From Rubrivivax sp. (lineage in GTDB: Bacteria; Pseudomonadota; Gammaproteobacteria; Burkholderiales; Burkholderiaceae_C), in the NCBI GenBank assembly GCA_044360025.1, contig JBIKLC010000012.1:15225-79224 (forward strand): a DNA stretch of 64,000 nucleotides, given 5' to 3'. The notes beneath the pieces are model-generated. The model was not told the origin of the DNA, did no database searches, and saw nothing but the letters and a program-made list of their open reading frames with translations. Below, piece after piece: positions 42,477 to 53,442 of this stretch. Both the position numbers and the translations under genes were made by a program. Numbering within the stretch: position 1 is the first letter of the stretch; every line of letters begins with the position of its first letter.

Positions 42477-42812
42477 ATGAACCGCCTGGTTCTGCAGGCC
42501 ACCCTGGTGCAGCGGCAGGCGATGCGCTACACGCCCGCCGGCCTCCCGGCCCTGGACCTGAGCCTCGCGCACAGTTCCGCGGTCAGCGAGGACGGCCAGC
42601 CCCGGCAAGTGTCTTTCGAGATGCGTGCCGTGGCCATCGGTGCCGTGACCCGCTCGCTTCAGCCGCTGCCGCTGGGGAGCACGGGCCGCTTCGGCGGCTT
42701 CCTCACCAGCCAGCGCAACGGACGCGGTCTGCTGTTCCACATCACCGAGGTCGAGGTCGATCCCGCGCCCGCAGCGCCCGCCGACCCGGCCCCGTCTTCC
42801 GGATCCAACTGA
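42477..42812 (+). CDS. priB: Primosomal replication protein PriB
   Basis: MNRLVLQA...RYTPAGLP and an OB fold, between rpsF and rpsR. Confidence 0.92.
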   Translation: MNRLVLQATLVQRQAMRYTPAGLPALDLSLAHSSAVSEDGQPRQVSFEMRAVAIGAVTRSLQPLPLGSTGRFGGFLTSQRNGRGLLFHITEVEVDPAPAAPADPAPSSGSN

Positions 42813-42831
42813 ATTCAGCCAGGAGCTCCAT

Positions 42832-43122
42832 ATGCCCCCGCCCCGTGGTAAAGGTCGTTTCTCCAAGGACAAGCGCCCCAAGCGCAACAGCCAGAGCCTG
42901 CTGTTCCGCCGCAAGCGCTTCTGCCGCTTCACCGTGGCCGGTGTCGAGGAGATCGACTACAAGGAAATCGACGTGCTGCGCGACTTCATCAGCGAGAACG
43001 GCAAGATCACGCCGGCCCGGCTGACCGGCACGCGCGCCTTCTACCAGCGCCAGCTGACCGTCGCGATCAAGCGCGCGCGCTTCCTCGCGCTGCTGCCGTA
43101 CTCCGACCAGCACAAGGTCTGA
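42832..43122 (+). CDS. rpsR: 30S ribosomal protein S18
   Basis: FCRFT...IDYK and [29 protein letters not shown]. Confidence 0.98.
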   Translation: MPPPRGKGRFSKDKRPKRNSQSLLFRRKRFCRFTVAGVEEIDYKEIDVLRDFISENGKITPARLTGTRAFYQRQLTVAIKRARFLALLPYSDQHKV

Positions 43123-43135
43123 CGGAGGAGCCACC

Positions 43136-43588
43136 ATGCAAGTCATTCTTCTCGAGAAGGTCGGCAAGCTCGGCAATCTGGGCGACGTCGTCAAGGTCAA
43201 GCAGGGCTACGCGCGCAACTTCCTGATCCCGCAGAAGCTGGCGCGCCGCGCCACCGACGCCGCGATCGCCGAGTTCGAGGCGCGCCGCGCCGAGCTCGAA
43301 AAGGTCGCCCAGGCCAAGCTCGACGCCGCCAAGGCGCTGGGCGAGCAGCTCGCCGGCAAGTCGGTGCGCATCGCGCAGAAGGCCGGCGTCGACGGCCGGC
43401 TGTTCGGCAGCGTCACCAACCAGGACATCGCCGACGCGCTCACCAAGATGGGCCTGGCGGTGGCCAAGGCGCAGGTGCGCATGCCCAACGGGCCGCTGAA
43501 GACGGTGGGCGAGCACACCGTGTCGGTGGCCCCGCACACCGACGTCGTCGTCGACGTCAGCGTGCAGGTGGTGGCGCAGGCCGACTGA
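43136..43588 (+). CDS. rplI: 50S ribosomal protein L9
   Basis: MQVILLEKV...GYARNFLIP and GRLFGSVT. Confidence 0.98.
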   Translation: MQVILLEKVGKLGNLGDVVKVKQGYARNFLIPQKLARRATDAAIAEFEARRAELEKVAQAKLDAAKALGEQLAGKSVRIAQKAGVDGRLFGSVTNQDIADALTKMGLAVAKAQVRMPNGPLKTVGEHTVSVAPHTDVVVDVSVQVVAQAD

Positions 43589-43612
43589 CGCCGCTATCCT
43601 TGAGTAGCCTTT

Positions 43613-43643
43613 GAAGGCCGGCGCAAGCCGGCCTTCTGTTTTT
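43613..43643 (+). terminator. Rho-independent terminator after rplI
   Basis: GAAGGCCGGC-GCAA-GCCGGCCTTC-TGTTTTT. Confidence 0.85.
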
Positions 43644-43654
43644 GGCGGGGCGCG

Positions 43655-43688
43655 TTCTCCACAGGGGCCGCTCTCGCTGTCCACAGGC
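43655..43688 (+). promoter_or_regulatory. Two DnaA-box-like sites upstream of dnaB
   Basis: TTCTCCACA (43655, 1 mismatch to TTWTNCACA) and CTGTCCACA (43677, 2 mismatches), both followed by GG. Confidence 0.45.
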
Positions 43689-43711
43689 TTGTCCCCCGAC
43701 CCGGCATCACC

Positions 43712-45124
43712 ATGGACCTGCTCAGCACCACCCGCGACCCCGCCGCCCCGCGCGACGACGAGGTCGAGCGCCTGCGCGTGCCCCCGCACAGCACCGAGGC
43801 CGAGCAGAGCGTGCTTGGCGGCCTGCTGCTGGACAACCTGGCCTTCGACCGCGCCGCCGAGCTGCTGACCGACGGCGACTTCTACCGCCACGAGCACCGG
43901 CTGATCTTCGGTGCCATCCGCAGCCTCATCCAGGCCGGCAAGCCGGCCGACGTGGTGACGGTGTTCGAGCACCTGCAGAGCCAGGGCAAGGCCGACGACG
44001 CCGGCAAGCTCAAGTACCTGAACGACCTGGCTCAGAGCGTGCCCAGCGCGGCCAACCTGCGCCGCTACGCCGAGATCGTCCGCGAGCGGGCCATCCTGCG
44101 CAAGCTCATCGCCGCCAGCGACGAGATCGCCACCACCGCCTTCAACCGCGAGGGCCGCGCGGTGAGCCAGATCCTCGACGAGGCCGAGAGCAGGATCCTC
44201 AAGATCGGCGAGGAGGGCAACCGCGCGCAGCAGGGCCCGCAGCCCATGAGCGGCCTGGTGGTGGCGCTGATGGACCGCGTCAACGAGCTCGCCGAGAACC
44301 CCGCCGGCGACGTGACCGGCGTGCGCACCGGCTACTACGACCTTGACAGCATGACCGCCGGCCTGCAGAAGGGCGACCTGATCGTGCTGGCGGCGCGGCC
44401 GTCCATGGGCAAGACGGCGTTCGCGCTGAACATCGCCGAGCACGTGTGCGTGCGCGAAGAGCTGCCCGTGCTGGTGTTCTCGATGGAAATGGGCGCGGCG
44501 CAGCTGGCCTTGCGTCTGGTGGGCAGCCTCGGTCGCATCAACCAGCAGAACCTGCGCACGGGCCGGCTGGCCGACGACGAGTGGGGCCGGCTGGCCGATG
44601 CGGTGGAGAAGCTGGGCCGCATCTCGATGTTCATCGACGAGACGGCGGCGCTGAGCGTGGCCGAGCTGCGCGCCCGCGCGCGGCGGATGGCGCGGCAGTT
44701 CGGGGGCACGCTGGGACTGATCGTCGTCGACTACCTGCAGCTGATGAGCGGCTCAGGCGGCAGCGACGAGAACCGGGCCACCGAGCTCGGCGAGATCTCG
44801 CGCGGCCTCAAGGCGCTAGCCAAGGAGCTGCAGTGCCCGCTGATCGCACTGTCGCAGCTCAACCGCAGCGTCGAGAGCCGCACCGACAAGCGGCCGATGA
44901 TGAGCGACCTGCGCGAGTCGGGCGCCATCGAACAGGACGCCGACATCATCATGTTCATCTACCGCGACGAGTACTACACCAAGGAAGCCTGCAAGGAACC
45001 CGGTGTGGCCGAGATCATCATCGCCAAGCAGCGCAACGGCCCCGTGGGTACGGTGAAGCTCACCTTCCTGAAGCCGCTGACCAAGTTCGACAACCTCGCC
45101 CCCGGCAGCAGCGGCGAGTACTAA
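43712..45124 (+). CDS. dnaB: Replicative DNA helicase DnaB
   Basis: PPHSTEAEQSVLG, AARPSMGKT, IVVDYLQLM, SQLNR and SDLRESGAIEQDAD; no intein seen. Confidence 0.98.
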   Translation: MDLLSTTRDPAAPRDDEVERLRVPPHSTEAEQSVLGGLLLDNLAFDRAAELLTDGDFYRHEHRLIFGAIRSLIQAGKPADVVTVFEHLQSQGKADDAGKLKYLNDLAQSVPSAANLRRYAEIVRERAILRKLIAASDEIATTAFNREGRAVSQILDEAESRILKIGEEGNRAQQGPQPMSGLVVALMDRVNELAENPAGDVTGVRTGYYDLDSMTAGLQKGDLIVLAARPSMGKTAFALNIAEHVCVREELPVLVFSMEMGAAQLALRLVGSLGRINQQNLRTGRLADDEWGRLADAVEKLGRISMFIDETAALSVAELRARARRMARQFGGTLGLIVVDYLQLMSGSGGSDENRATELGEISRGLKALAKELQCPLIALSQLNRSVESRTDKRPMMSDLRESGAIEQDADIIMFIYRDEYYTKEACKEPGVAEIIIAKQRNGPVGTVKLTFLKPLTKFDNLAPGSSGEY

Positions 45125-45148
45125 CAGGGCATACGTTCGCCCCGTCGC

Positions 45149-46789
45149 TCAGCGTCGGAGCACCATCCCGCCGGCCGAGCGGTTGCTTCGGCGCACGCCC
45201 GCGATGTGCGTGACCGGCGCACAAAGGCGTTGCGCCAGTTCCGACTGTCGCTTCAGCAGCGCCGGCAAGTCGTCAATGTGTTCCTTTTGCCGTTCGGCCA
45301 CCAGCAGGGCCATCTCAATCAGCTTGGCATTGCCAGTTCGATCGCCGTGGTGCAGCAGCAAGTCAACCGCTTTGCCCGCCTGGCCGTTGAGCGACATATT
45401 CATGGCCTGCTCGGCGAGTTGCATCACCTGCTTGAAAGCTTCTCGGACGAAGCCGGCCGAGCCGGGGTAACTGCGAGCTGCGGCAACCAGCACCTCGCAG
45501 GTGGCGTGAGATACCCCGAAACGCTGGGTCAAACGCGTTAGGATGTCATCGAGCTCGTTGGTGCCGATCCCGAAGCGCAGCACGCGAGCCCATACCGAGA
45601 TGACGTTGGTGGCGGACTCCATCTCAAAGTCGGGCCGCATGACCGCTTCGGCTTCGCGGCGCAGCATCGACAGCCCTTCGTCGACACGACCGCGATTCAG
45701 GCGCACCAGCACTTCGCCGAGCCGCTCCATGCGGTCCAGGCGGACCGACTGGGGGTATCGATCGGAGAAATCCACGATCACGTCGACCGCAGCCTCAAGT
45801 CCTTTGGTGTCCCCAGCGTCGAAGCGCAGCAACGCCAGCAGGAAGATGGACAGTACATCGAAAAGACGAGACTTGGCGCCCAACTGCCAGGTTCGTTCGA
45901 GCAACTGGGCCGCGCCGAGCGAATCCCCGGCGTAGAAGCTGAGCGTGCCGGCGTGCTGCAACCTCAACAGGCAGCCGGGTGTCGCCTCCGCGGCGGTTCT
46001 GTAAGTGGCGAGGGCCTCTTGCAGGTTGCCCTGTTCCATGTGCACCTTGCCGAGCACGTCGTAGCTGTCAGCAAACTGCGGTTCGGAGTCGATCAGCGCT
46101 TCCAGCGTGCGCCGGGCCTTTGTCAAGTCGCCGTTGGCCAATTGCACGCGCGCCACACCGAGCTTGGCCCAGGGCACGGTCTTGGCCGCGATCACGGCGT
46201 CATACAGCGCCTTGGCCTCGTCGTTGCGCTTGAGGATCAGCAGCAGCTCGGCGCCTATCCGGGCGGCGTACAACCAGTACTGCTGTCGCTGATTGAAGCG
46301 CTTGAGGCAAAGGTCGGCTGCCCGTTGCAAATCCTTGGCCTCCATGGCCTCGAAAATGTCCTTTAACTCGCGCTTGCGCTGCCTGGCTTCCCGCAGTCGT
46401 TCGATCAGCGTGTTGGCCGAGAAGGGCTTGACCAGGAAGCTGTCGAGCGCCGCTTCCGCGGCCTCGGAGACGCGAGCGTAGGTGGCCACGGACGTGATCA
46501 TCACGAACACCGTGGAGTAGGGCAGCAATTGTTCGCGCCGCAGTTCCTCGAGCAGCTCCTGGCCCCTGTTGCCCCGGCCATGATCCTCATCCTCGGCGTT
46601 GTCGCACAGAATCACGTCGTAACGCCGGTGCTCGATCAGTTCGCGGGCGTCAGAGGCGCGGCTGACGCCCCTTACCGTGCCAAGGCCGAACTCCCGCATC
46701 TGTGCAACCAGCACGCTGCGGCTCGTCGGGTTGGAGTCGATTACCAGCGCGGCATGGCCCGGAGCATCTGGGTCAAGCACCAATTGCAT
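45149..46789 (-). CDS. Orphan response regulator: receiver domain + TPR repeats
   Basis: RBS AGGAGA before ATG 46789. REC motifs ALVID, YDVILCD, FVMITS and FLVKPF, then TPR helices (WAKLGVARVQL, SYDVLGKVHMEQG). More A/T-ending codons than the flanks. Confidence 0.85.
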   Translation of the reverse strand: MQLVLDPDAPGHAALVIDSNPTSRSVLVAQMREFGLGTVRGVSRASDARELIEHRRYDVILCDNAEDEDHGRGNRGQELLEELRREQLLPYSTVFVMITSVATYARVSEAAEAALDSFLVKPFSANTLIERLREARQRKRELKDIFEAMEAKDLQRAADLCLKRFNQRQQYWLYAARIGAELLLILKRNDEAKALYDAVIAAKTVPWAKLGVARVQLANGDLTKARRTLEALIDSEPQFADSYDVLGKVHMEQGNLQEALATYRTAAEATPGCLLRLQHAGTLSFYAGDSLGAAQLLERTWQLGAKSRLFDVLSIFLLALLRFDAGDTKGLEAAVDVIVDFSDRYPQSVRLDRMERLGEVLVRLNRGRVDEGLSMLRREAEAVMRPDFEMESATNVISVWARVLRFGIGTNELDDILTRLTQRFGVSHATCEVLVAAARSYPGSAGFVREAFKQVMQLAEQAMNMSLNGQAGKAVDLLLHHGDRTGNAKLIEMALLVAERQKEHIDDLPALLKRQSELAQRLCAPVTHIAGVRRSNRSAGGMVLRR

Positions 46790-47051
46790 ATGCGGTCTCC
46801 TGTGTGCCCATCCTCGCTTCGACGGCCGATGCCCGACCTCCGCCGTGTTTGCGGTGAGCACATCGATTGGAGCAGAAACGAAGTCTCGAAAGCAGCCACG
46901 TCAATCGCGTCGTCCCACTGTCCGCAGCCGTTCCAACGTCTCCAACAGCGCAAAGCTCTGATGCGTAACAGCTGCGCGGCGGCGCCGGGGCGGCGCCCAG
47001 ACGCACGCGCCCGCCACTTGCTGTTATATCGATATCGGCAGGCCTGAAGAC

Positions 47052-48203
47052 CTACTTGAACAGGTCCTTGACCCGGTCTGTCCAGCTCTTGGTGTTGGGC
47101 GAGTGGCGGTCGCCACTCTTCCGGAAGCTCTCGTCGAGGTCTTTGAGCATCTTGCGCTGATGCTCGGTCAGCTTGACCGGCGTTTCCACGGCCACGTGGC
47201 AGTACAGGTCCCCGGGGTAGCTGGAGCGAAGGCCCTTGATGCCCTTGCCGCGCAGGCGGAACGTCTTGCCGTGCTGGGTGCCCTCGGGCAGCTCGATCTC
47301 GGCCTTGCTGCCCAGGGTCGGCACCTCGATCGTGCCGCCCAGCGCCGCCGTCGTCAGGCCCACGGGCACTGTGCAGTGAAGATCGTCGCCATCACGCTCG
47401 AAGATTTCGTGCTGCTTGACGCGGATCTCGATATACAAGTCGCCCGCCGGACCCCCGTTCTGGCCCGGCTCGCCATTGCCAGCCGAACGGATGCGCATGC
47501 CCTCGTTGATGCCGGCGGGAATCTTCACCTCCAGCGTCTTCTGCTTCTTGATGCGGCCGGCGCCGTTGCAGGCGGTGCAGGGCTCCGGGATGATCTTGCC
47601 GCTGCCGTGGCAGTGCGGGCAGGTCTGCTGGATGCTGAAGAAGCCCTGGCGCAGGTGCACCGTGCCGCTGCCGTTGCAGCTGGGGCAGGTCTTGGCGCTG
47701 GTGCCGGGCTTGGCGCCGGTCCCATGGCAGGTGTCGCAGTTCTCCCAGGTGGGCACGCGGATCTGCGTGTCCTTGCCGAAGGCCGCTTCCTCGAGCGTGA
47801 TCTCCATCGCGTAGCTCAAGTCGTTGCCGCGGTACACCTGCTGGCCGCCGCCGCGACGGCCACCGCCACCGCCGCCGCCCCCGAAGATGTCGCCGAAGAT
47901 GTCGCCGAAGGCCTCGGCGAAGCCGCCGAAGCCCTCGGGGCCCGGGCCGCCGCGGCCGCCGCCCATGTTCGGGTCGACGCCGGCGTGGCCGTACTGGTCG
48001 TACGCCGCCTTCTTCTGCGGGTCGGAGAGCATCTCATAGGCTTCCTTGGCCTCCTTGAACTTCTCCTCGGCCGCCTTCGCCCCGTCGCCCTGGTTGCGGT
48101 CGGGGTGGAACTTCATCGCCAGCTTGCGATAGGCCTTCTTGATGTCGTCGTCGGTGGCGTTCTTGGGCACGCCCAGAACGTCGTAGTAGTCGCGCTTGGC
48201 CAT
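47052..48203 (-). CDS. dnaJ: Chaperone DnaJ
   Basis: [17 protein letters not shown]-rich region and four CxxCxGxG repeats. Confidence 0.98.
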   Translation of the reverse strand: MAKRDYYDVLGVPKNATDDDIKKAYRKLAMKFHPDRNQGDGAKAAEEKFKEAKEAYEMLSDPQKKAAYDQYGHAGVDPNMGGGRGGPGPEGFGGFAEAFGDIFGDIFGGGGGGGGRRGGGQQVYRGNDLSYAMEITLEEAAFGKDTQIRVPTWENCDTCHGTGAKPGTSAKTCPSCNGSGTVHLRQGFFSIQQTCPHCHGSGKIIPEPCTACNGAGRIKKQKTLEVKIPAGINEGMRIRSAGNGEPGQNGGPAGDLYIEIRVKQHEIFERDGDDLHCTVPVGLTTAALGGTIEVPTLGSKAEIELPEGTQHGKTFRLRGKGIKGLRSSYPGDLYCHVAVETPVKLTEHQRKMLKDLDESFRKSGDRHSPNTKSWTDRVKDLFK

Positions 48204-48288
48204 GGCGGTGGGGTGGTGGTGATCAACGGCGAAGGGCCGGCTGAGCCGGCCCCCGATCAGAGCAAGTGCGGCGGGGTGCCGCAGGGCA

Positions 48289-50232
<1,944 letters not shown>

Positions 50233-50270
50233 GGGGGTGTTCTCCTGATGCGGGAATGCGGTTGTCGGGA

Positions 50271-50298
50271 AGTTGTGGATAACTTCCGGCGATTCAAG
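50271..50298 (-). promoter_or_regulatory. Sigma32-type promoter of dnaK overlapping a perfect DnaA box
   Basis: Minus strand CTTGAA-N14-CCACAACT; TTATCCACA at 50282-50274. Confidence 0.55.
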
Positions 50299-50827
50299 AC
50301 TTTGGGGCGGCCACCGTCACTAGCGCCGGGCGCAGCACGCGCTCGGCAATGAGGTAGCCCTTCTGCAGCACGGAGACCACGGTGTTCGGCTCCTGCTCGG
50401 CCGGCACCACGCTGATGGCCTGGTGCTGGCGGGGATCGAACTTCGTGCCCGCGGCCGGTGCGATGGCGACGACCTTGTTGCGCTCCAGCGCCGCCGTCAG
50501 CTGACGCAGCGTGGCGTGAGTGCCTTCGAGCAGCTGCTCGTTCGTGGCGCCCTGCAGCGCGATGGCCGCGGCCAGGCTGTCGGCCACCGGCAGCAGGCTC
50601 TCGGCGAAGGCCTCGACGGCGAACTTGCGCGCCTTGGTCATCTCTTCCTCGGCGCGGCGGCGGGTGTTTTCGGACTCGGCCTTGGCGCGCAGGTAGGCGT
50701 CGGAGACCTCGGCGTGCCGGGCCTGCAGTTCGGCCAGTTGGGCTTCCAGGCTGGGCGCAGCCTCGGCCTGCAGCGGTTCGGCCTGTGCGGCGGCCTCGGG
50801 GGCGGTCTGGGGATCGGGTGCGGTCAT
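50294..50827 (-). CDS. grpE: Nucleotide exchange factor GrpE
   Basis: [34 protein letters not shown] and [18 protein letters not shown]. Confidence 0.96.
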   Translation of the reverse strand: MTAPDPQTAPEAAAQAEPLQAEAAPSLEAQLAELQARHAEVSDAYLRAKAESENTRRRAEEEMTKARKFAVEAFAESLLPVADSLAAAIALQGATNEQLLEGTHATLRQLTAALERNKVVAIAPAAGTKFDPRQHQAISVVPAEQEPNTVVSVLQKGYLIAERVLRPALVTVAAPKS

Positions 50828-50857
50828 GGCAGGGGTTGAAACACGGACCGTCCGTTG

Positions 50858-50884
50858 GGTTGGGGCGGTCTGGGCCGTTTCAAG
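50858..50884 (-). promoter_or_regulatory. Sigma32-type promoter of grpE
   Basis: Minus strand CTTGAA-N13-CCCCAACC (consensus CTTGAA-N13/14-CCCCATNT). Confidence 0.7.
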
Positions 50885-50902
50885 ACCCTGCCGGCAGGAA
50901 TG

Positions 50903-51334
50903 TCACCGGCCCGGCTCGTCCTCCAGGCTGGCGCTCCAGCGGTTCCAGTCCGTCAACTGCCGGCGGTCGCGCTTGGTAGGACGCCCCTGCGCCAGGGCGC
51001 TGGCCGGCTCGGGGGCGAGGCGGCGGCGTTCGGCGGCGGCCTCGCGGGCCGCGAGGCTGGCGGGCGTCTCCTCGTACAGCGCCTGCGCCACCGGGGCCGG
51101 ACCGCGCACCGCCGACAGCCCGCGCACGACCACCGTGCGCAGCACCGGCCCCTGTCGCAGTTCGACGAGGTCGCCCACCTTGAGCTCGCGGGCTGGCTTC
51201 ACGACCTGCTCGTTCACGCGCACGCGCCCCTTGTCGATCTCGCCGGTGGCCAGGGCGCGCGTCTTGCAGAAGCGGGCCGCCCACAGCCACTTGTCCAGGC
51301 GCAGTCTCGCCGGCAACTCGCCCTTCACCTTCAT
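50903..51334 (-). CDS. hslR: Heat shock protein 15 (S4-domain RNA-binding)
   Basis: RLDKWLWAARFCKTR, VRGPAPVAQALYEET and GRPTKRDRR. Confidence 0.93.
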   Translation of the reverse strand: MKVKGELPARLRLDKWLWAARFCKTRALATGEIDKGRVRVNEQVVKPARELKVGDLVELRQGPVLRTVVVRGLSAVRGPAPVAQALYEETPASLAAREAAAERRRLAPEPASALAQGRPTKRDRRQLTDWNRWSASLEDEPGR

Positions 51335-51547
51335 CGCGACGGCAGGGCATTCATGACACCCCTGGAGTGGTGGCTGATGCGTCCCGTCGACGCCCCGGGG
51401 ATCTTGGCGGGCGATGTCGGCCGGCTCGTAGACCGTCCATGCCAGCGCGCGCAGCCTCGCGGCCCGGGCCCTGGGAAGCCGTGCGAGCGTGAGGCCGCGG
51501 GGTGGATTCGCATGGGTCGGTTGAAATTTCCCTGTTAGATTGCGGAA

Positions 51548-53266
51548 ATGTCCGCCGAAGCGTCACCCTCGCGTTCCGAACACGCCAGCGCGCTCGCGCC
51601 GGGCACCCGGCTCAACGAGTTCGAACTGCAGCAGATTCTCGGGGTCGGCGGCTTCGGCATCGTCTACCAAGCCTTTGATCACGCCCTCGAACGCGAGGTT
51701 GCGATCAAGGAGTACATGCCGGCCAGCCTGGCTGGCCGCACCGAGACCATGCGGGTCTCGCTGCGCAGCGGCTCCGACGAGGAAAGCTTCCGCATCGGGC
51801 GCGAGAGCTTCGTCAAGGAAGCCAAGCTGCTGGCGCGCTTCGACCACCCCTCTCTGCTGAAGGTCTACCGCTACTGGGAGGCCAACGGCACGGCCTATAT
51901 GGCCATGCCGATCCTCCGCGGCCGCACGCTGAAGCAGTTACGGCTGGCGCAGCAGGGGCCCACCGACGAAGCCTGGCTGCGCCGCCTGCTGATGCCGCTG
52001 CTGGGCGCCATCGAGACGCTGCACCGTGAGAACGTGTTCCACCGCGACATCGCGCCCGACAATATCCAGGTCGAGCCCGACGGCCACCCGGTGCTGATGG
52101 ACTTCGGCGCCGCGCGACGCGTGTTGACGGACAAGACGCAGTCTCTGACCGCCATCCTCAAGCCCGCATACGCCCCGATCGAGCAGTACGGCGAGGCCGG
52201 CGCGGTGAAGCAGGGCCCCTGGACCGACCTCTACGCCCTGGGCGCGACGCTGCACTATATGCTGCTCGGCCGGCCGCCGGCGCCGGCCACCGCCCGTACC
52301 GTCGACGACGAGGAGATGCTGCTGACCACGTCCAACTTGCCGCAGTGCAGCCAGGGCTTCCTGCTCGCCATCCAGTGGATGCTGCGGCCCCGCCCGGGCG
52401 ACCGTCCGCAGAGCGTGGCGCAGCTGCGCGAGGTGTTCGAGGGCCGCGCTGCCGTGCCGGTGAACGGCGGCATCGCCGAGTTGCGCGCGCAGCTGTACGC
52501 CCGCCCCGATGGCCAGCGCCCGCATGACCACAGCGGGGAGTTCGACCCCTCCGAGCTGCCCACGCTGCTTTCGCCGACGCGGCCGGCGCCGGATGCGACC
52601 GAGCTGCTGCGCACCAACCCGGGCGCCTCTTTGCCGCCGGCTGATGCCACGGTTCGCGTGCCGCCGCCTGCGCCACCGAGGCGCGCCGACAGTGCGGCGT
52701 CGCCAGATGCAGCGGCAGCCGCGCCAGCAGCCCGCAAGTCGCCCCTGCCTAGGGTGATTGCCGGCCTGGCGGTGGTGGGCGTGGCGACCGCGGTGTTCTG
52801 GCCGAAGTCCGAGCCCGCGACGGCCGGGCCGCAGCCGGCCGCCGCCGTGCCGGCCACCGTGGCCACGCCGGTTGCACCGCCCGTGGTCGGGGCCGGCCCG
52901 GCCGCGGCAACGCCGCCCCCTGCGGGCGCGGCGCCTGAGCCGGCCGCCATCACGGTGCCGCCTGTCGGCAAACCCGTCGAGGCTGCCACCGAGCAGCCTC
53001 CTGCGGCCGCCGCGGCGCCCGCCCCGATCAAGCCAAGCTCCAAGTCCAACCCGCCCGCGCCGGTCGCGCCGAGCCCCACGCGTGCCGCCGAGAACGCGCC
53101 GCCGCCGAAGCCGCCCGCGAGTCCGGCCGCCGAGCCGGTGCCCGTGGGCCCAGGCGCGGCCTGCGGCGCGCGCAGTGACGGCGTGCGCTACCTGGTGTGC
53201 ATGGAACGCGAATGCGCGACCTCGGCGTTTAGCAGCCATCCGGCCTGCGCGGCGATCCGCCAGTGA
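51548..53266 (+). CDS. Membrane-anchored Hanks-type Ser/Thr protein kinase with a Pro/Ala linker and 4-Cys C-terminal domain
   Basis: LGVGGFGIVY, VAIKEY, HRDIAPDNI, DFGAA, YAPIEQY and TDLYALG; TM VIAGLAVVGVATAVFW. Confidence 0.92.
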   Translation: MSAEASPSRSEHASALAPGTRLNEFELQQILGVGGFGIVYQAFDHALEREVAIKEYMPASLAGRTETMRVSLRSGSDEESFRIGRESFVKEAKLLARFDHPSLLKVYRYWEANGTAYMAMPILRGRTLKQLRLAQQGPTDEAWLRRLLMPLLGAIETLHRENVFHRDIAPDNIQVEPDGHPVLMDFGAARRVLTDKTQSLTAILKPAYAPIEQYGEAGAVKQGPWTDLYALGATLHYMLLGRPPAPATARTVDDEEMLLTTSNLPQCSQGFLLAIQWMLRPRPGDRPQSVAQLREVFEGRAAVPVNGGIAELRAQLYARPDGQRPHDHSGEFDPSELPTLLSPTRPAPDATELLRTNPGASLPPADATVRVPPPAPPRRADSAASPDAAAAAPAARKSPLPRVIAGLAVVGVATAVFWPKSEPATAGPQPAAAVPATVATPVAPPVVGAGPAAATPPPAGAAPEPAAITVPPVGKPVEAATEQPPAAAAAPAPIKPSSKSNPPAPVAPSPTRAAENAPPPKPPASPAAEPVPVGPGAACGARSDGVRYLVCMERECATSAFSSHPACAAIRQ

Positions 53267-53398
53267 CGGCAGCGTCGCGAGGGTGAGAGCCCTTGCGGGA
53301 AAGGCACGATGACGCCGTCGTGCCGAGCCGGGTCGCTCGGAGCATGAACCACACCGTCTCGCGGGCGGCGCCCGGCGCCGACGCCCGAACGCCCGCCC

Positions 53399-53433
53399 GG
53401 CTGGCTGGCTGGCTGGCTGGCTGGCTCGCTGGC
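53399..53433 (+). repeat. Tetranucleotide simple sequence repeat (GGCT)7
   Basis: Seven perfect GGCT units at 53399-53426, then CGCT-GGC. Confidence 0.9.
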
Positions 53434-53442
53434 GGCACGCCC

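Noticed and set aside
46940-46975. CGCAAAGC resembling the c-di-GMP-I (GEMM) riboswitch core
   Set aside because: It lies on the plus strand, antisense to both flanking genes, and lacks the upstream GGCAAA/GNRA P2 architecture.
48226-48288. Two GC hairpins between dnaK and dnaJ, and the hairpin at 63719-63742 between fdsD and the csp gene
   Set aside because: No U-tracts and no second copies in the window, so I cannot call them terminators or REP elements.
51335-51547. Upstream in-frame extension of hslR and short ORFs in the hslR/kinase spacer
   Set aside because: No convincing start or family motif; most simply a divergent promoter region.
52560-53160. Pro/Ala-rich repeats in the kinase, plus the acidic linker of Der (3541-3600) and Gly runs in hflK and dnaJ
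   Set aside because: Ordinary low-complexity protein linkers, not DNA repeat elements.
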